Below, piece by piece: positions 27,964-36,737 of a stretch of DNA of 64,000 nucleotides; the stretch's first letter is position 1; each line of letters opens with the position of its first letter. This DNA is from Gemmatimonadota bacterium (GTDB taxonomy: Bacteria; Gemmatimonadota; Gemmatimonadetes; Gemmatimonadales; GWC2-71-9), in NCBI GenBank assembly GCA_016720805.1, contig JADKJZ010000002.1, positions 213,617-277,616 of the forward strand, written 5' to 3'. The notes under the pieces are model-generated. The model searched no databases. It had not been told where the DNA came from and was given only the letters and a program-made list of their open reading frames with translations. The translations under genes were made by a program, and so were the position numbers.

Positions 27964-28379
27964 CCCTGCACGTCGAACTCGCAGCCCTCGCCGACTATGC
28001 CCTGGTCGATCAGTACGGCAAGCTCTCCATCCTGGGGATCTGGCGGCACCTGATGGTCGGGCAGTTTCCTGGCGTCCACCCGCGCGCGCACCTGGTGGTG
28101 CATGTGCGCGGGCGGCGCACGGAGGTCGGCCAGCATCAAGTCACCGTGCGATTGGTCGATCCCAATGGCGACTCCCTGTTCGAGCAGAACGGGATGATGG
28201 AAGTGAACGAGCCGCCGGCCGGCGTCATGGATCTGGACGCGCCGCTGGTGCTGGTCTTCGACGTGCCGCTGTCGGTGCCGGGTGAATACGCCTTTGTCGT
28301 CTTCCTCGACGGCGACGAGGCGGCGCGCGTGCCGTTTCTCGCCTCCGCCGCCGCGCCCCAGGGCGGGATGGTGCACTGA
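27960..28379 (+). CDS. Hypothetical protein; no canonical start codon upstream of a conserved-looking N-terminus
   Basis: The reading frame gives (L)[27 protein letters not shown].. from CTG 27960. The first ATG is only at 28053. The stop overlaps the HD gene start (TGATG). Confidence 0.45.
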   Translation: MTLHVELAALADYALVDQYGKLSILGIWRHLMVGQFPGVHPRAHLVVHVRGRRTEVGQHQVTVRLVDPNGDSLFEQNGMMEVNEPPAGVMDLDAPLVLVFDVPLSVPGEYAFVVFLDGDEAARVPFLASAAAPQGGMVH

Positions 28380-28969
28380 TGACCGCCACGGCGTGGCCCC
28401 GCGAGCGCGCCTGGCAGCTCATGACCGAATGGACGGCGTCGCCCGCACTTCGGGCGCACATGCATGCCGTGGAGCTCTGCATGCAGCATCTGGCGCCCCG
28501 CTACGACGGTGATCCGGCGTGGTGGGGCGTCGTCGGCCTGCTGCACGACTTCGACTACGAACGCTTTCCCAACGCCGATCAGGCCGCCGACGCGGAGCAC
28601 CCATCGGAGGGCGTCCGTCACCTCCGCGCGCTTGGCTTCCCCGATGAGGGGTGCGAGGCGATCCTCGGCCACGCGGCCTTCACCGGCGTGCCCCGCGTGA
28701 CCTCGCTGGCCAAGGTGCTCTTCGCCGTCGACGAACTCGCCGGCTTCCTGGTGGCCTGTGCGCTGGTGCGGCCGTCGAAGTCGCTGGCCGATCTCGAGGC
28801 GCCCTCGGTGCTCAAGAAGCTCAAGGACAAGGGCTTCGCACGCGGCGTCTCGCGCGACGATGTCCGGGTCGGCGCCGAGGAGCTGGGCGTGCCGCTCGAC
28901 GCACTGATCCGCGACCTGCTCGTCGCCCTTCGCCCGCACGAACAGGCCCTCGGTCTGGGCATCGCATGA
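28379..28969 (+). CDS. HD-domain phosphohydrolase
   Basis: H..HD pattern (HMHAVE .. GLLHDFDY). Confidence 0.75.
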   Translation: MTATAWPRERAWQLMTEWTASPALRAHMHAVELCMQHLAPRYDGDPAWWGVVGLLHDFDYERFPNADQAADAEHPSEGVRHLRALGFPDEGCEAILGHAAFTGVPRVTSLAKVLFAVDELAGFLVACALVRPSKSLADLEAPSVLKKLKDKGFARGVSRDDVRVGAEELGVPLDALIRDLLVALRPHEQALGLGIA

Positions 28970-30378
28970 CCCCCTCGCCCGTGCGCCTCCGCGCGGGAAG
29001 CGGTGGGCTCGTGCGCGCGCTGGATCGCGCGGCCGGCATTCAGGTCATCCCCGGCAACGCGGTCACCATCCTGGTCGATGGTCCCGACACCTACGCCGCC
29101 ATGCACGCGCAGATCGCCGCGGCCACCCGACGGATTCATCTCGAGAACTACATCATCCACGATGACGAGGTGGGTCAGGGCTTTGCTGATGCCCTGATGG
29201 CGAAGGCGCGGGCCGGCGTGACGGTGCGGGTACTCTATGACTGGGCTGGGTCGTTCGGCACGTCGCGGCGCTTCTGGCGTGCCCTCCGCGAGGCCGGCGT
29301 CGACGTGCGGGCGTTCGGACCGCCGCGTCTCCGCGATCCGCTGCTCTTCTTTGCCCGAGACCACCGGAAGCTGTTGGTCGTGGATGGCGCGGCGGCGGTC
29401 ACGGGCGGCCTCTGCATCGGAGATGAGTGGGTCGGCGATGTGGCCAAGTCGCGGCGCCCCTGGCGGGACACGGCGGTGGCGATCGTCGGCCCGGCCGTCC
29501 GTGCCCTCGAGGGGGCCTTCATTCGGGCGTGGACCTTCGCCGGGGGAGCCCCCCCGGATGACACCAACGAGCTCCCGCCCGACGTCGAGGAGGCTGGTGA
29601 CACCGCCGTTCGGGTCGTGGCGACGGAGCCGGGTCGGGAACGGGCCTACCGGACGATCGACCTGATGTTGGGGGTCTCCGGGGAGCGGATCTGGGTCACC
29701 GAGGCCTATCTTGCGGCGCCCCAGCGGATGTATCAGGCGTTCCAGGACGCCGCGCGGGACGGGGCCGACGTCCGGTTGCTCCTCCCCGGATCGAGCGACC
29801 TGCCGACGATCAGAAACCTCGCGCGGGTGGGCTATCGTCCGTTATTGCGGGCTGGGGTCAGGATCTGGGAGTGGACCGGCCCGATGCTTCATGCCAAGAC
29901 GATCGTCGCCGATCGGCACTGGACCCGGGTGGGCTCCAGCAACTTGAATGCGTCTTCGCTGTTGGCGAATTGGGAACTCGATATCTTTATCGACGATGAG
30001 GCTATTGGCGAAGCGATGGAACAGCAGTTTCGGTTGGACCTGACCATGGCTCGCGAGGTCCTCCTCCGGCCGCGCCGCCTCCCAGCCCTCTTCGGTCGGG
30101 TGGTCCCTGGCAAGCTTGACCTCGCGGCCCCCGCCGGGGAGGTGCCTGCCCACGCCCGGAGCGGTTGGGAGCGGGTCCGGGTGGCTGCGGTGATCGCCGG
30201 GGGGCTGGCCCAGGGGGCGCGGGCGGCCGTCTTCGGCCCCCTCGCCCTGGTCCTGTTGCTGCTGGCCGTCGCTTTCGTGCTCTTCCCGGCGACGATGGCG
30301 GTGGCGGCCGCGATCCTCTCGGGATTGGCAGGGGCCGCGCTCGCAACCCGGGCCCTCAGCCATCGGGAGCGGGGATGA
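28966..30378 (+). CDS. Phospholipase D / cardiolipin synthase family protein with C-terminal TM segments
   Basis: ATG 28966 (ATGA overlap). Two HKD motifs: HRKLLVVDG and HAKTIVADRHWTRVGSSNLN. Hydrophobic tail. Confidence 0.85.
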   Translation: MTPSPVRLRAGSGGLVRALDRAAGIQVIPGNAVTILVDGPDTYAAMHAQIAAATRRIHLENYIIHDDEVGQGFADALMAKARAGVTVRVLYDWAGSFGTSRRFWRALREAGVDVRAFGPPRLRDPLLFFARDHRKLLVVDGAAAVTGGLCIGDEWVGDVAKSRRPWRDTAVAIVGPAVRALEGAFIRAWTFAGGAPPDDTNELPPDVEEAGDTAVRVVATEPGRERAYRTIDLMLGVSGERIWVTEAYLAAPQRMYQAFQDAARDGADVRLLLPGSSDLPTIRNLARVGYRPLLRAGVRIWEWTGPMLHAKTIVADRHWTRVGSSNLNASSLLANWELDIFIDDEAIGEAMEQQFRLDLTMAREVLLRPRRLPALFGRVVPGKLDLAAPAGEVPAHARSGWERVRVAAVIAGGLAQGARAAVFGPLALVLLLLAVAFVLFPATMAVAAAILSGLAGAALATRALSHRERG

Positions 30379-30403
30379 TCAACCTCCCCCAGCGGGGAAG
30401 CGT

Positions 30404-30958
30404 ATGACGGGCGTGGATGAAGCCGCGCTCGCCGCGCGTGCCGCCAAGGGAGATGCCGAGGCCTTCGGGGCCCTCGTGGACCGGCACGCACCGATGGCTC
30501 GACGGGTGGCCTACACCATCCTCGAGGACCGGGAAGACGCCGACGACGCGGCTCAGGAAGGGTTTCTCTCCGCCTGGCAGGCGATCGCGCGGTACGACCC
30601 CCGTCGGGCCTTCCGGCCCTGGCTGATGCAGATCGTGGTGAACGCCGCCCGGGACCTCCGGCGGCGGCGCCGGGTTCGAACGACCGAGATGCTCGACCAT
30701 GTGTCGGCCGCCTCTCGGGACGACCCGGCGAGGGAAGTGGGAGCGATGGATCTGGGCGAACGGCTGAACGCCGCGCTGGCCACCCTCCCCGAGCGGCAAC
30801 GATTGGCAGTAGTCTTGTTCGATGCAGAAGGGTATCCGCAGGCCGAAATCGCGGCGATGTTGGGGATTCCCGAAGGGACAGTGAAGTCGGATGTGTTCCA
30901 TGGACGTCGGGCGCTCAGAAAGGTGCTCGGCTCGGTGAAGGAGGAGTGGGATGAGTGA
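30404..30958 (+). CDS. ECF-family RNA polymerase sigma factor
   Basis: Region 2 (DADDAAQEGFLSAW) and region 4 HTH (EIAAMLGIPEGTVKS). Confidence 0.9.
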   Translation: MTGVDEAALAARAAKGDAEAFGALVDRHAPMARRVAYTILEDREDADDAAQEGFLSAWQAIARYDPRRAFRPWLMQIVVNAARDLRRRRRVRTTEMLDHVSAASRDDPAREVGAMDLGERLNAALATLPERQRLAVVLFDAEGYPQAEIAAMLGIPEGTVKSDVFHGRRALRKVLGSVKEEWDE

Positions 30959-31280
30959 CATCAGTCCGTTTTCGGCGACGCGGGACGACGAGCTTGGCTC
31001 GGCGGTCCGTGCTGCGTTGGAGCCGATGCATCACGAGGCGTTCGTCGCCCGGGTGCGCGCACGGATCGGCCAACAGGGGCGCGCCTGGGAAGACGAGCTG
31101 GCCGGCTGGTTCTGGCAGGGTCTCGTGGCCGCCTCGCTGGCCACGGTCCTGGCGGGCTGGGGCTGGAGCCGCCCTGCAACCAATACCACGGTCGAAGCAT
31201 CGGTTGCCAGTGAGCTCCTGGACGGCAAGCGGCCTGGCGCCGACATCCTGCTGGTCGCGATGACGTCGGGGGATCGTTGA
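30951..31280 (+). CDS. Putative anti-sigma factor (single TM)
   Basis: Overlaps the sigma gene by 8 nt. 109 aa with one TM helix (WFWQGLVAASLATVLAGWGW). Confidence 0.55.
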   Translation: MSDISPFSATRDDELGSAVRAALEPMHHEAFVARVRARIGQQGRAWEDELAGWFWQGLVAASLATVLAGWGWSRPATNTTVEASVASELLDGKRPGADILLVAMTSGDR

Positions 31281-31849
31281 CCACCTCGCGCACCCGCGCG
31301 GTCACCCTGCTGGTCACGGCCCTCGTGGTCGGGATCATCGTGGGCGGCACCGCGTTGACCGTGGCGGTGCGCGAAGGCAAGGCCGACTTCGTCTTCCGGG
31401 GGATGCGTGGTCCCGGCGGACGCGGCAATGGTGGTCGCGACGGTGGCGGGAAGCACACGGAGTGGCTGGCCCGGGAGCTCAACATCACGGTTGACGCGGT
31501 GGTGGCGGACAGCATCAACGCGATCTATTGCCGACGGGTCGTCGGCATCGATTCGGTGCTCGCCTCCTATCAGGAACGGAATCGCCCGATGATGGACTCC
31601 CTCTATGAGGGGATCCGTCCGGAGATCGAAGCCCGTCGCGATCAATCACGCTCCGGCATCCGGGCACTCCTGACGCCCGACCAACGTGCGAGGTACGACT
31701 CGATGATCGCTGTGGACGATTCCAGCCGCCGTGCAATGCGCAGCTCTGGCCCGCGACCGTTCCGCCCTGCAGGACCCTGTTATCCGGGCACCACTGACGG
31801 ACCGAATGCACCGACTGGACGAGGAGGATCACCCCGTGGCACGCGCTGA
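31277..31849 (+). CDS. Periplasmic Spy/CpxP-like (LTxxQ) protein
   Basis: TTG start in a TTGA overlap. N-terminal TM anchor. LLTPDQRARYD resembles the LTxxQ motif. Low-complexity C-terminus. Confidence 0.5.
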   Translation: MTTSRTRAVTLLVTALVVGIIVGGTALTVAVREGKADFVFRGMRGPGGRGNGGRDGGGKHTEWLARELNITVDAVVADSINAIYCRRVVGIDSVLASYQERNRPMMDSLYEGIRPEIEARRDQSRSGIRALLTPDQRARYDSMIAVDDSSRRAMRSSGPRPFRPAGPCYPGTTDGPNAPTGRGGSPRGTR

Positions 31850-33164
31850 ACATCTCTTCCGCGCCGCGACTGCGGCGCTTTTGTTGACGGCTTCGGCCAC
31901 CGCCCCGCTCTCGGCCCAGCAGGCCCCCGCGGCGATCACGCTGGCCGAGGCGCTCCGCCGCACCGAAGAGGTGACGCCGGGCGTCGTCTCGGGTCGCGGC
32001 TCGGTGCGCAGCGCCGAACTGGCGGTGCGTCAGGCCAAGTGGGCGTTCGTGCCGCAGATCACGCTGCAGCCGCAGGCCAACCTGCAGATGAACTCGGGGC
32101 AGTCGCGCGTCGACCCGATCACCGGCGCGGTCGTCAGCGGCAACACGACCAACCCGAGCTACGGCATGAACGTCTCGGCGTCGCTGCCTTTGTTCGACGG
32201 CTTCGCGCGGAACCACTCGCTCCGCGCCGCCCGCGCCCGCGAGGACGCCGCCGACGCCAACTACACCACGTCGCGCTTCTCGGCGGCACTGGCGGTGACC
32301 AACGCCTTCTTCGACGCCCTGGCCAACAAGGAGCTGCTGCAGGTGAGCGCGGCGGCTGTGGCGCGCGCCGAGGAACAGCTCAAGGTGGCAACTGCTCGGC
32401 TTCGGTCCGGATCGGGCCAGCGTACCGACTCGTTGACCGCCCTGGTGACGCTCGGCCAGGCCCGACAGAACCGCCTGACGGCCCAGGCCAACTTGGCGAA
32501 TGCCGAGGCGAACCTCGGCCGTCTGGTGGGCAGTGAGTCGCGCGTCGCCGCCATCTCGGATTCGGCATTCTATCGGACACCGGCGGCGCTCGACACCACG
32601 TCCCTCCGCGTTGAGGCGATGCAACAGGCACCGGCGCTCCGCAGCTCGGATGCCAGTCTCCGTGCGGCGAAGGCGCAGCTTGGGCAGCAGAAGGCGGCGT
32701 ATTTCCCGACCCTCAACGTCTCGGCGTCGAACAACTACAACGCCAGCAAGACCAACGATTACACGCTTGAGGCCCGCCGGCAGCTGTTGGTCGGTTTCAG
32801 CATCACGCCGTGGACCAACTATCAGCGCGAGACGCAGATCGAGAATCAGTCGATCGCGGTCGACAACGCCGAAGCGACATTGGCCGACCAGCGCCGGCAG
32901 ATCTCCGCGCAGTTGACGCAGAATTTCGCGTCCTTGGCCAATGCGCAGGAAGCGATCGAGGTCGCCAAGGCCTCCGTGCAGGCCTCGGAAGAGAACGTGC
33001 GGGTGGCGGAGCAGCGCTACCGGCTCGGCGTGATGACGATCGTCGAGATGATGCAGATCCAGGAACAGCTCACGCAGGCGCAGGTCAACGAAGTGCAGGC
33101 CCGCTTCACCTATCTGCGCACCAAGGCGCAGATCGAGTCGATCGTGGGCCGGAGGTTGCCGTAA
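31836..33164 (+). CDS. TolC-family outer-membrane efflux protein
   Basis: gaggagga at 31821, then GTG 31836 (alternative ATG at 31806). Signal peptide ending SAQQ. Two-fold repeat of long helical segments typical of TolC. Confidence 0.8.
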   Translation: MARAEHLFRAATAALLLTASATAPLSAQQAPAAITLAEALRRTEEVTPGVVSGRGSVRSAELAVRQAKWAFVPQITLQPQANLQMNSGQSRVDPITGAVVSGNTTNPSYGMNVSASLPLFDGFARNHSLRAARAREDAADANYTTSRFSAALAVTNAFFDALANKELLQVSAAAVARAEEQLKVATARLRSGSGQRTDSLTALVTLGQARQNRLTAQANLANAEANLGRLVGSESRVAAISDSAFYRTPAALDTTSLRVEAMQQAPALRSSDASLRAAKAQLGQQKAAYFPTLNVSASNNYNASKTNDYTLEARRQLLVGFSITPWTNYQRETQIENQSIAVDNAEATLADQRRQISAQLTQNFASLANAQEAIEVAKASVQASEENVRVAEQRYRLGVMTIVEMMQIQEQLTQAQVNEVQARFTYLRTKAQIESIVGRRLP

Positions 33165-33919
33165 TGGCGAAGGACATCAGCACGACCGCCGAGCGCATGG
33201 CGATGTTGCCGGCGGACGTGCCGCGGGATGCGATCATCGTGACCCGCAATCTCAAGCGCGAGTATGTCATGGGCACCGAGGTGGTCCGCGCGCTGCAGGG
33301 CGTGGACATGACGATCCGGAAGAACGAGTTCGTCGCGATCATGGGCCCGTCGGGCTCCGGCAAGTCCACGATGATGAACATGATCGGCTGTCTCGACACG
33401 CCGAGCGAAGGCGAGTACTGGCTGAACGGCTACCGGGTGAGCGACCTCGACGACGACGCGCTGGCCCGGATCCGGAACAAGGAGATCGGCTTCGTCTTCC
33501 AGACGTTCAACCTGCTGCCGCGTGCCTCGGCGCTGGCGAACGTCGAACTGCCGATGGTCTACGCCGGCGCCTCCTCGAAGGAGCGCCGGAGCCGGGCGGA
33601 AGAGGCCCTGAATCAGGTCGGCCTCGGCAACCGCATGCACCACCGCCCGAACGAGCTGTCGGGCGGGCAGCGCCAGCGCGTGGCGATCGCCCGCGCGCTG
33701 GTGAACCGTCCGTCGATCATCCTGGCGGACGAACCGACCGGCAACCTGGACTCGGCCACCTCGGTCGAGATCATGGCGCTGTTCGAGACCCTGCACCAGC
33801 AGGGGCAGACGATCATTCTCGTGACCCACGAACCTGATATTGCCGCGCACGCCAAGCGCCAGATCGTCCTCCGGGACGGCAAGGTGGCCAGCGACGCGAG
33901 CAGCATGGAGAAGCACTAA
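33164..33919 (+). CDS. ABC transporter ATP-binding protein (MacB/LolD-type)
   Basis: TAATG overlap. [35 protein letters not shown]. Confidence 0.9.
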   Translation: MAKDISTTAERMAMLPADVPRDAIIVTRNLKREYVMGTEVVRALQGVDMTIRKNEFVAIMGPSGSGKSTMMNMIGCLDTPSEGEYWLNGYRVSDLDDDALARIRNKEIGFVFQTFNLLPRASALANVELPMVYAGASSKERRSRAEEALNQVGLGNRMHHRPNELSGGQRQRVAIARALVNRPSIILADEPTGNLDSATSVEIMALFETLHQQGQTIILVTHEPDIAAHAKRQIVLRDGKVASDASSMEKH

Positions 33920-33920
33920 A

Positions 33921-35414
33921 GTGAAGCAGCCCATCCGCCTCCTCGCCGTCCTTGCCCTCGTGACGGCCACCGCCTGCAAGAAGGAAGAGCCGGCGCCGGT
34001 CTACGAGGCCGTGGCCATCGGCAAGCGCGACATCATCGTGACGGCGCAGGCCGCCGGCGCGATCAATCCCGACACGATCGTGGACGTGAAGTCGCGCGCC
34101 TCCGGCGAGATCACCGACCTCGCGGTCGAGACGGGGCAGCTGGTCCGGCGTGGCGCCCTGCTGGCGCGCGTCGATCGGCGCGTCCCGCAGAACCGGGTGT
34201 CGCAGGCGGAAGCGGCGGCGGAAGTGGCGACGGCGCGGCTCCGGAACGCCGAGGCGCAGCTGCGCCGGGCCAAGGAGCTCTTCGCGTCGCGGGCGATCAC
34301 CGAGCAGGAACTCGAGACCACGACACTCGACGTCGCCAACTCGAAGGCCGCGGTCATCTCGTCGACCATCGACCTCGAGAACGCCAAGATCGCGCTCGAG
34401 GACACCGAGGTGCGCGCCCCGATCAACGGGACGATCATCGCCAAGAACGTCGAGCGCGGCACCGTCATCTCGTCGCCGGTGAGCGACGTTGGCGGCGGCA
34501 CCGTGCTCCTCAAGATGGCCGACCTCACCCTGGTGCAGGTCAAGACCTTCGTCGACGAGACCGACATCGGCAAGCTGCGCGTCGGGCTCGAGGCGAACGT
34601 CACGGTCGACGCCTATCCGAACCGGCCGTTCAAGGGCGAGCTGCTCAAGATCGAGCCGCAGGCCGACACCATCCAGAACGTGACGATGTTCCCGGTGCTG
34701 GTGCGGATCGACAACAAGGACGGCTTGCTCAAGCCAGGGATGAGCGCCAACGTCCGGATCGGCGTCGGCGAGCGGCGTGACGTGCTCGCGGTGCCGAACG
34801 CAGCGCTGCGGACCGAGCGTGACGTGGCCAGCGCGGCCACGGTGCTTGGCCTGGCCGAGGCCGATTTCAAGACGATGCTCGAAGCGGCCAAGGCCGCGGC
34901 GGCGCCGCCGGCCGGCACGCCGAGCCCCGATGGCGCGCTCGAATTGCAGGGCAAGGGTGGCGCACCGGTCGACGCCAAGCCGGCGACGGATCCGAAGGCC
35001 GCGGCGGGGGCCACCGGCCAGCGTGGCGCGGCGGGTGGGCAGACCGGCCGCGGCGGCGCCGGCGGGCAGACGGGTGGCCGGGGTGGACGCGGCGGCGGCA
35101 ACGGCGACGCCTTCAGCGGCGGCACCTACATCGTCTTCGTGCAGCGCGACGGGAAGCCGACGCCGGTGTACATCAAGACCGGGTTGACCGACCTCGACTA
35201 CTCGGAAGTGAAGAGCGGGCTCAAGGAAGGCGACATGGTGCTCATGCTGCCGAGCGCCTCGCTGATCCAGGGCCAGCAGAACCTGCAGAACCGGATGAAG
35301 TCCATGAGCGGCGGCCTCCCGGGCCAGTCGAACACCGCGGCGCCGGCCGCTGGTGGGGCGGGCAAGGGTGGGGCGACGCCGGCGGCTGGTGGCGCGAAGC
35401 CCGGAGGGCGTTGA
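33921..35414 (+). CDS. Periplasmic adaptor (HlyD/MacA-like) lipoprotein with Gly/Ala-rich insertion
   Basis: GTG 33921 gives VKQPIRLLAVLALVTATAC (lipobox). Coiled-coil hairpin, and RAPINGTII lipoyl-like segment. Confidence 0.85.
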   Translation: MKQPIRLLAVLALVTATACKKEEPAPVYEAVAIGKRDIIVTAQAAGAINPDTIVDVKSRASGEITDLAVETGQLVRRGALLARVDRRVPQNRVSQAEAAAEVATARLRNAEAQLRRAKELFASRAITEQELETTTLDVANSKAAVISSTIDLENAKIALEDTEVRAPINGTIIAKNVERGTVISSPVSDVGGGTVLLKMADLTLVQVKTFVDETDIGKLRVGLEANVTVDAYPNRPFKGELLKIEPQADTIQNVTMFPVLVRIDNKDGLLKPGMSANVRIGVGERRDVLAVPNAALRTERDVASAATVLGLAEADFKTMLEAAKAAAAPPAGTPSPDGALELQGKGGAPVDAKPATDPKAAAGATGQRGAAGGQTGRGGAGGQTGGRGGRGGGNGDAFSGGTYIVFVQRDGKPTPVYIKTGLTDLDYSEVKSGLKEGDMVLMLPSASLIQGQQNLQNRMKSMSGGLPGQSNTAAPAAGGAGKGGATPAAGGAKPGGR

Positions 35415-35415
35415 T

Positions 35416-36627
35416 ATGCTGATCGGCGAGACGATTCGAGTCGCGTTGGCCTCGATCCGGGCCAACAAGCTGCGGGCCCTGCTGACCATGCTCGGCGTGA
35501 TCATCGGCGTCGCGGCAGTCATCACCGTCGTGGCGATGGGGACCGGGGCGCAGAAGGCCGTCGAGGACAAGATCAACTCGCTCGGCGCCTCGCTGGTGCA
35601 GATCAACGCCGGCCAGGGGATGAACCGCGGCGTGGCGACGCAGGATCGCGCGGCATTGCTCGTGGCCGACTACGAGGCGCTGCGGCGTGACGCGACGACG
35701 CTGAGCGAGGTCGTCCCGGAGCTGCAGAAGAACCAGCAGGTCCAGCTGGTGTCGACGAACATCAACACCTCGATCGTCGGCACCACGGCCAACTATCCCA
35801 AGGCGCGGAACTACACCATCACCACCGGCCGGATGTTCACCGATGGCGATGATGCGGCGCGGCAGCTCTATGCCGTCGTCGGCTCCGACGTGCCGAAGAT
35901 GCTGAACGTCAACGCGGGCGCCATCATCGGCCAGCAGATCCTGATCCGGAAGCTGCGCTTCGAGGTCATCGGCGTGCTGTCGTCGAAGGGCTCGCAGGGG
36001 TGGCAGAATCCGGACGAGCAGATCCTGATCCCGCTGAACACCGCGCGCTACCGCGTCTTCGGCACCGACCGGCTCCGCTCGATCGCCGTCGTCGTCCGCG
36101 ACAAGGTGCCGATGGAGCAGGGGATGGTCGAGGCCGAGCGGATCATGCGCCGCGAGCACAAGATCCGCCCGGGCGCCGACAACAACTTCCAGATCGTCTC
36201 GCCGAAGGAGTTCCTCGCGACGCAGCAGCAGACGTCCGAGACCTTCTCGCTCCTGCTCCTCGCGATCGCCGGCGTCTCGCTGCTGGTCGGCGGCATCGGC
36301 ATCATGAACATCATGCTGGTCTCGGTCACCGAGCGCACCAAGGAGATCGGCATCCGGAAGGCGCTCGGTGCCACCAAGTTCACGATCATGGGCCAGTTCC
36401 TGATCGAGGCGCTGGTGCTCTGCCTCGCCGGCGGTCTCGTCGGCATCCTGCTCGGCTGGGGCGCCTCGTCGATCGTCTCGCAGAAGCTCGGCTGGAGCAC
36501 GGTGATCTCGCCGGTCGCCGTCGGCGTCGCCTTCGCCTTCTCGGCGCTGGTCGGCCTCTTCTTCGGCCTCTGGCCGGCGCGGCGCGCCGCGAGCCTCGAT
36601 CCGATCCAGGCGTTGCGGTACGAGTAA
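35416..36627 (+). CDS. ABC transporter permease (MacB/FtsX-type)
   Basis: MLIGETIRVALASIRANKLRALLTMLGVIIGVAAVI, a large periplasmic loop, and a C-terminal FtsX-like 3-TM bundle. Confidence 0.85.
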   Translation: MLIGETIRVALASIRANKLRALLTMLGVIIGVAAVITVVAMGTGAQKAVEDKINSLGASLVQINAGQGMNRGVATQDRAALLVADYEALRRDATTLSEVVPELQKNQQVQLVSTNINTSIVGTTANYPKARNYTITTGRMFTDGDDAARQLYAVVGSDVPKMLNVNAGAIIGQQILIRKLRFEVIGVLSSKGSQGWQNPDEQILIPLNTARYRVFGTDRLRSIAVVVRDKVPMEQGMVEAERIMRREHKIRPGADNNFQIVSPKEFLATQQQTSETFSLLLLAIAGVSLLVGGIGIMNIMLVSVTERTKEIGIRKALGATKFTIMGQFLIEALVLCLAGGLVGILLGWGASSIVSQKLGWSTVISPVAVGVAFAFSALVGLFFGLWPARRAASLDPIQALRYE

Positions 36628-36636
36628 TCGGCGATC

Positions 36637-36721
36637 AGCGAACAGCGAACAGCGAACGGCGGTGTCGAGGGAAGATCTCCTCCCGACACCGCCGTTCGCC
36701 GTTCGCCGTCCGCCGTTCGCT
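36637..36721. repeat. Heptamer-array hairpin element, unit AGCGAAC / GTTCGCC
   Basis: Three agcgaac units (36637-36657). Core hairpin ggcggtgtcgagg..cccgacaccgcc. Four gttcgcc-like units (36694-36721). Confidence 0.85.
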
Positions 36722-36737
36722 CCACTATCTTCGCCCC

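Noticed and set aside
28379-30378. HD plus PLD gene pair as an anti-phage defence module
   Set aside because: The PLD protein has the two-HKD plus membrane-anchor layout of cardiolipin-synthase-type enzymes. The pair sits in a housekeeping-looking operon behind a cyclophilin. There are no nuclease, ATPase or sensor partners and no mobile-element context.
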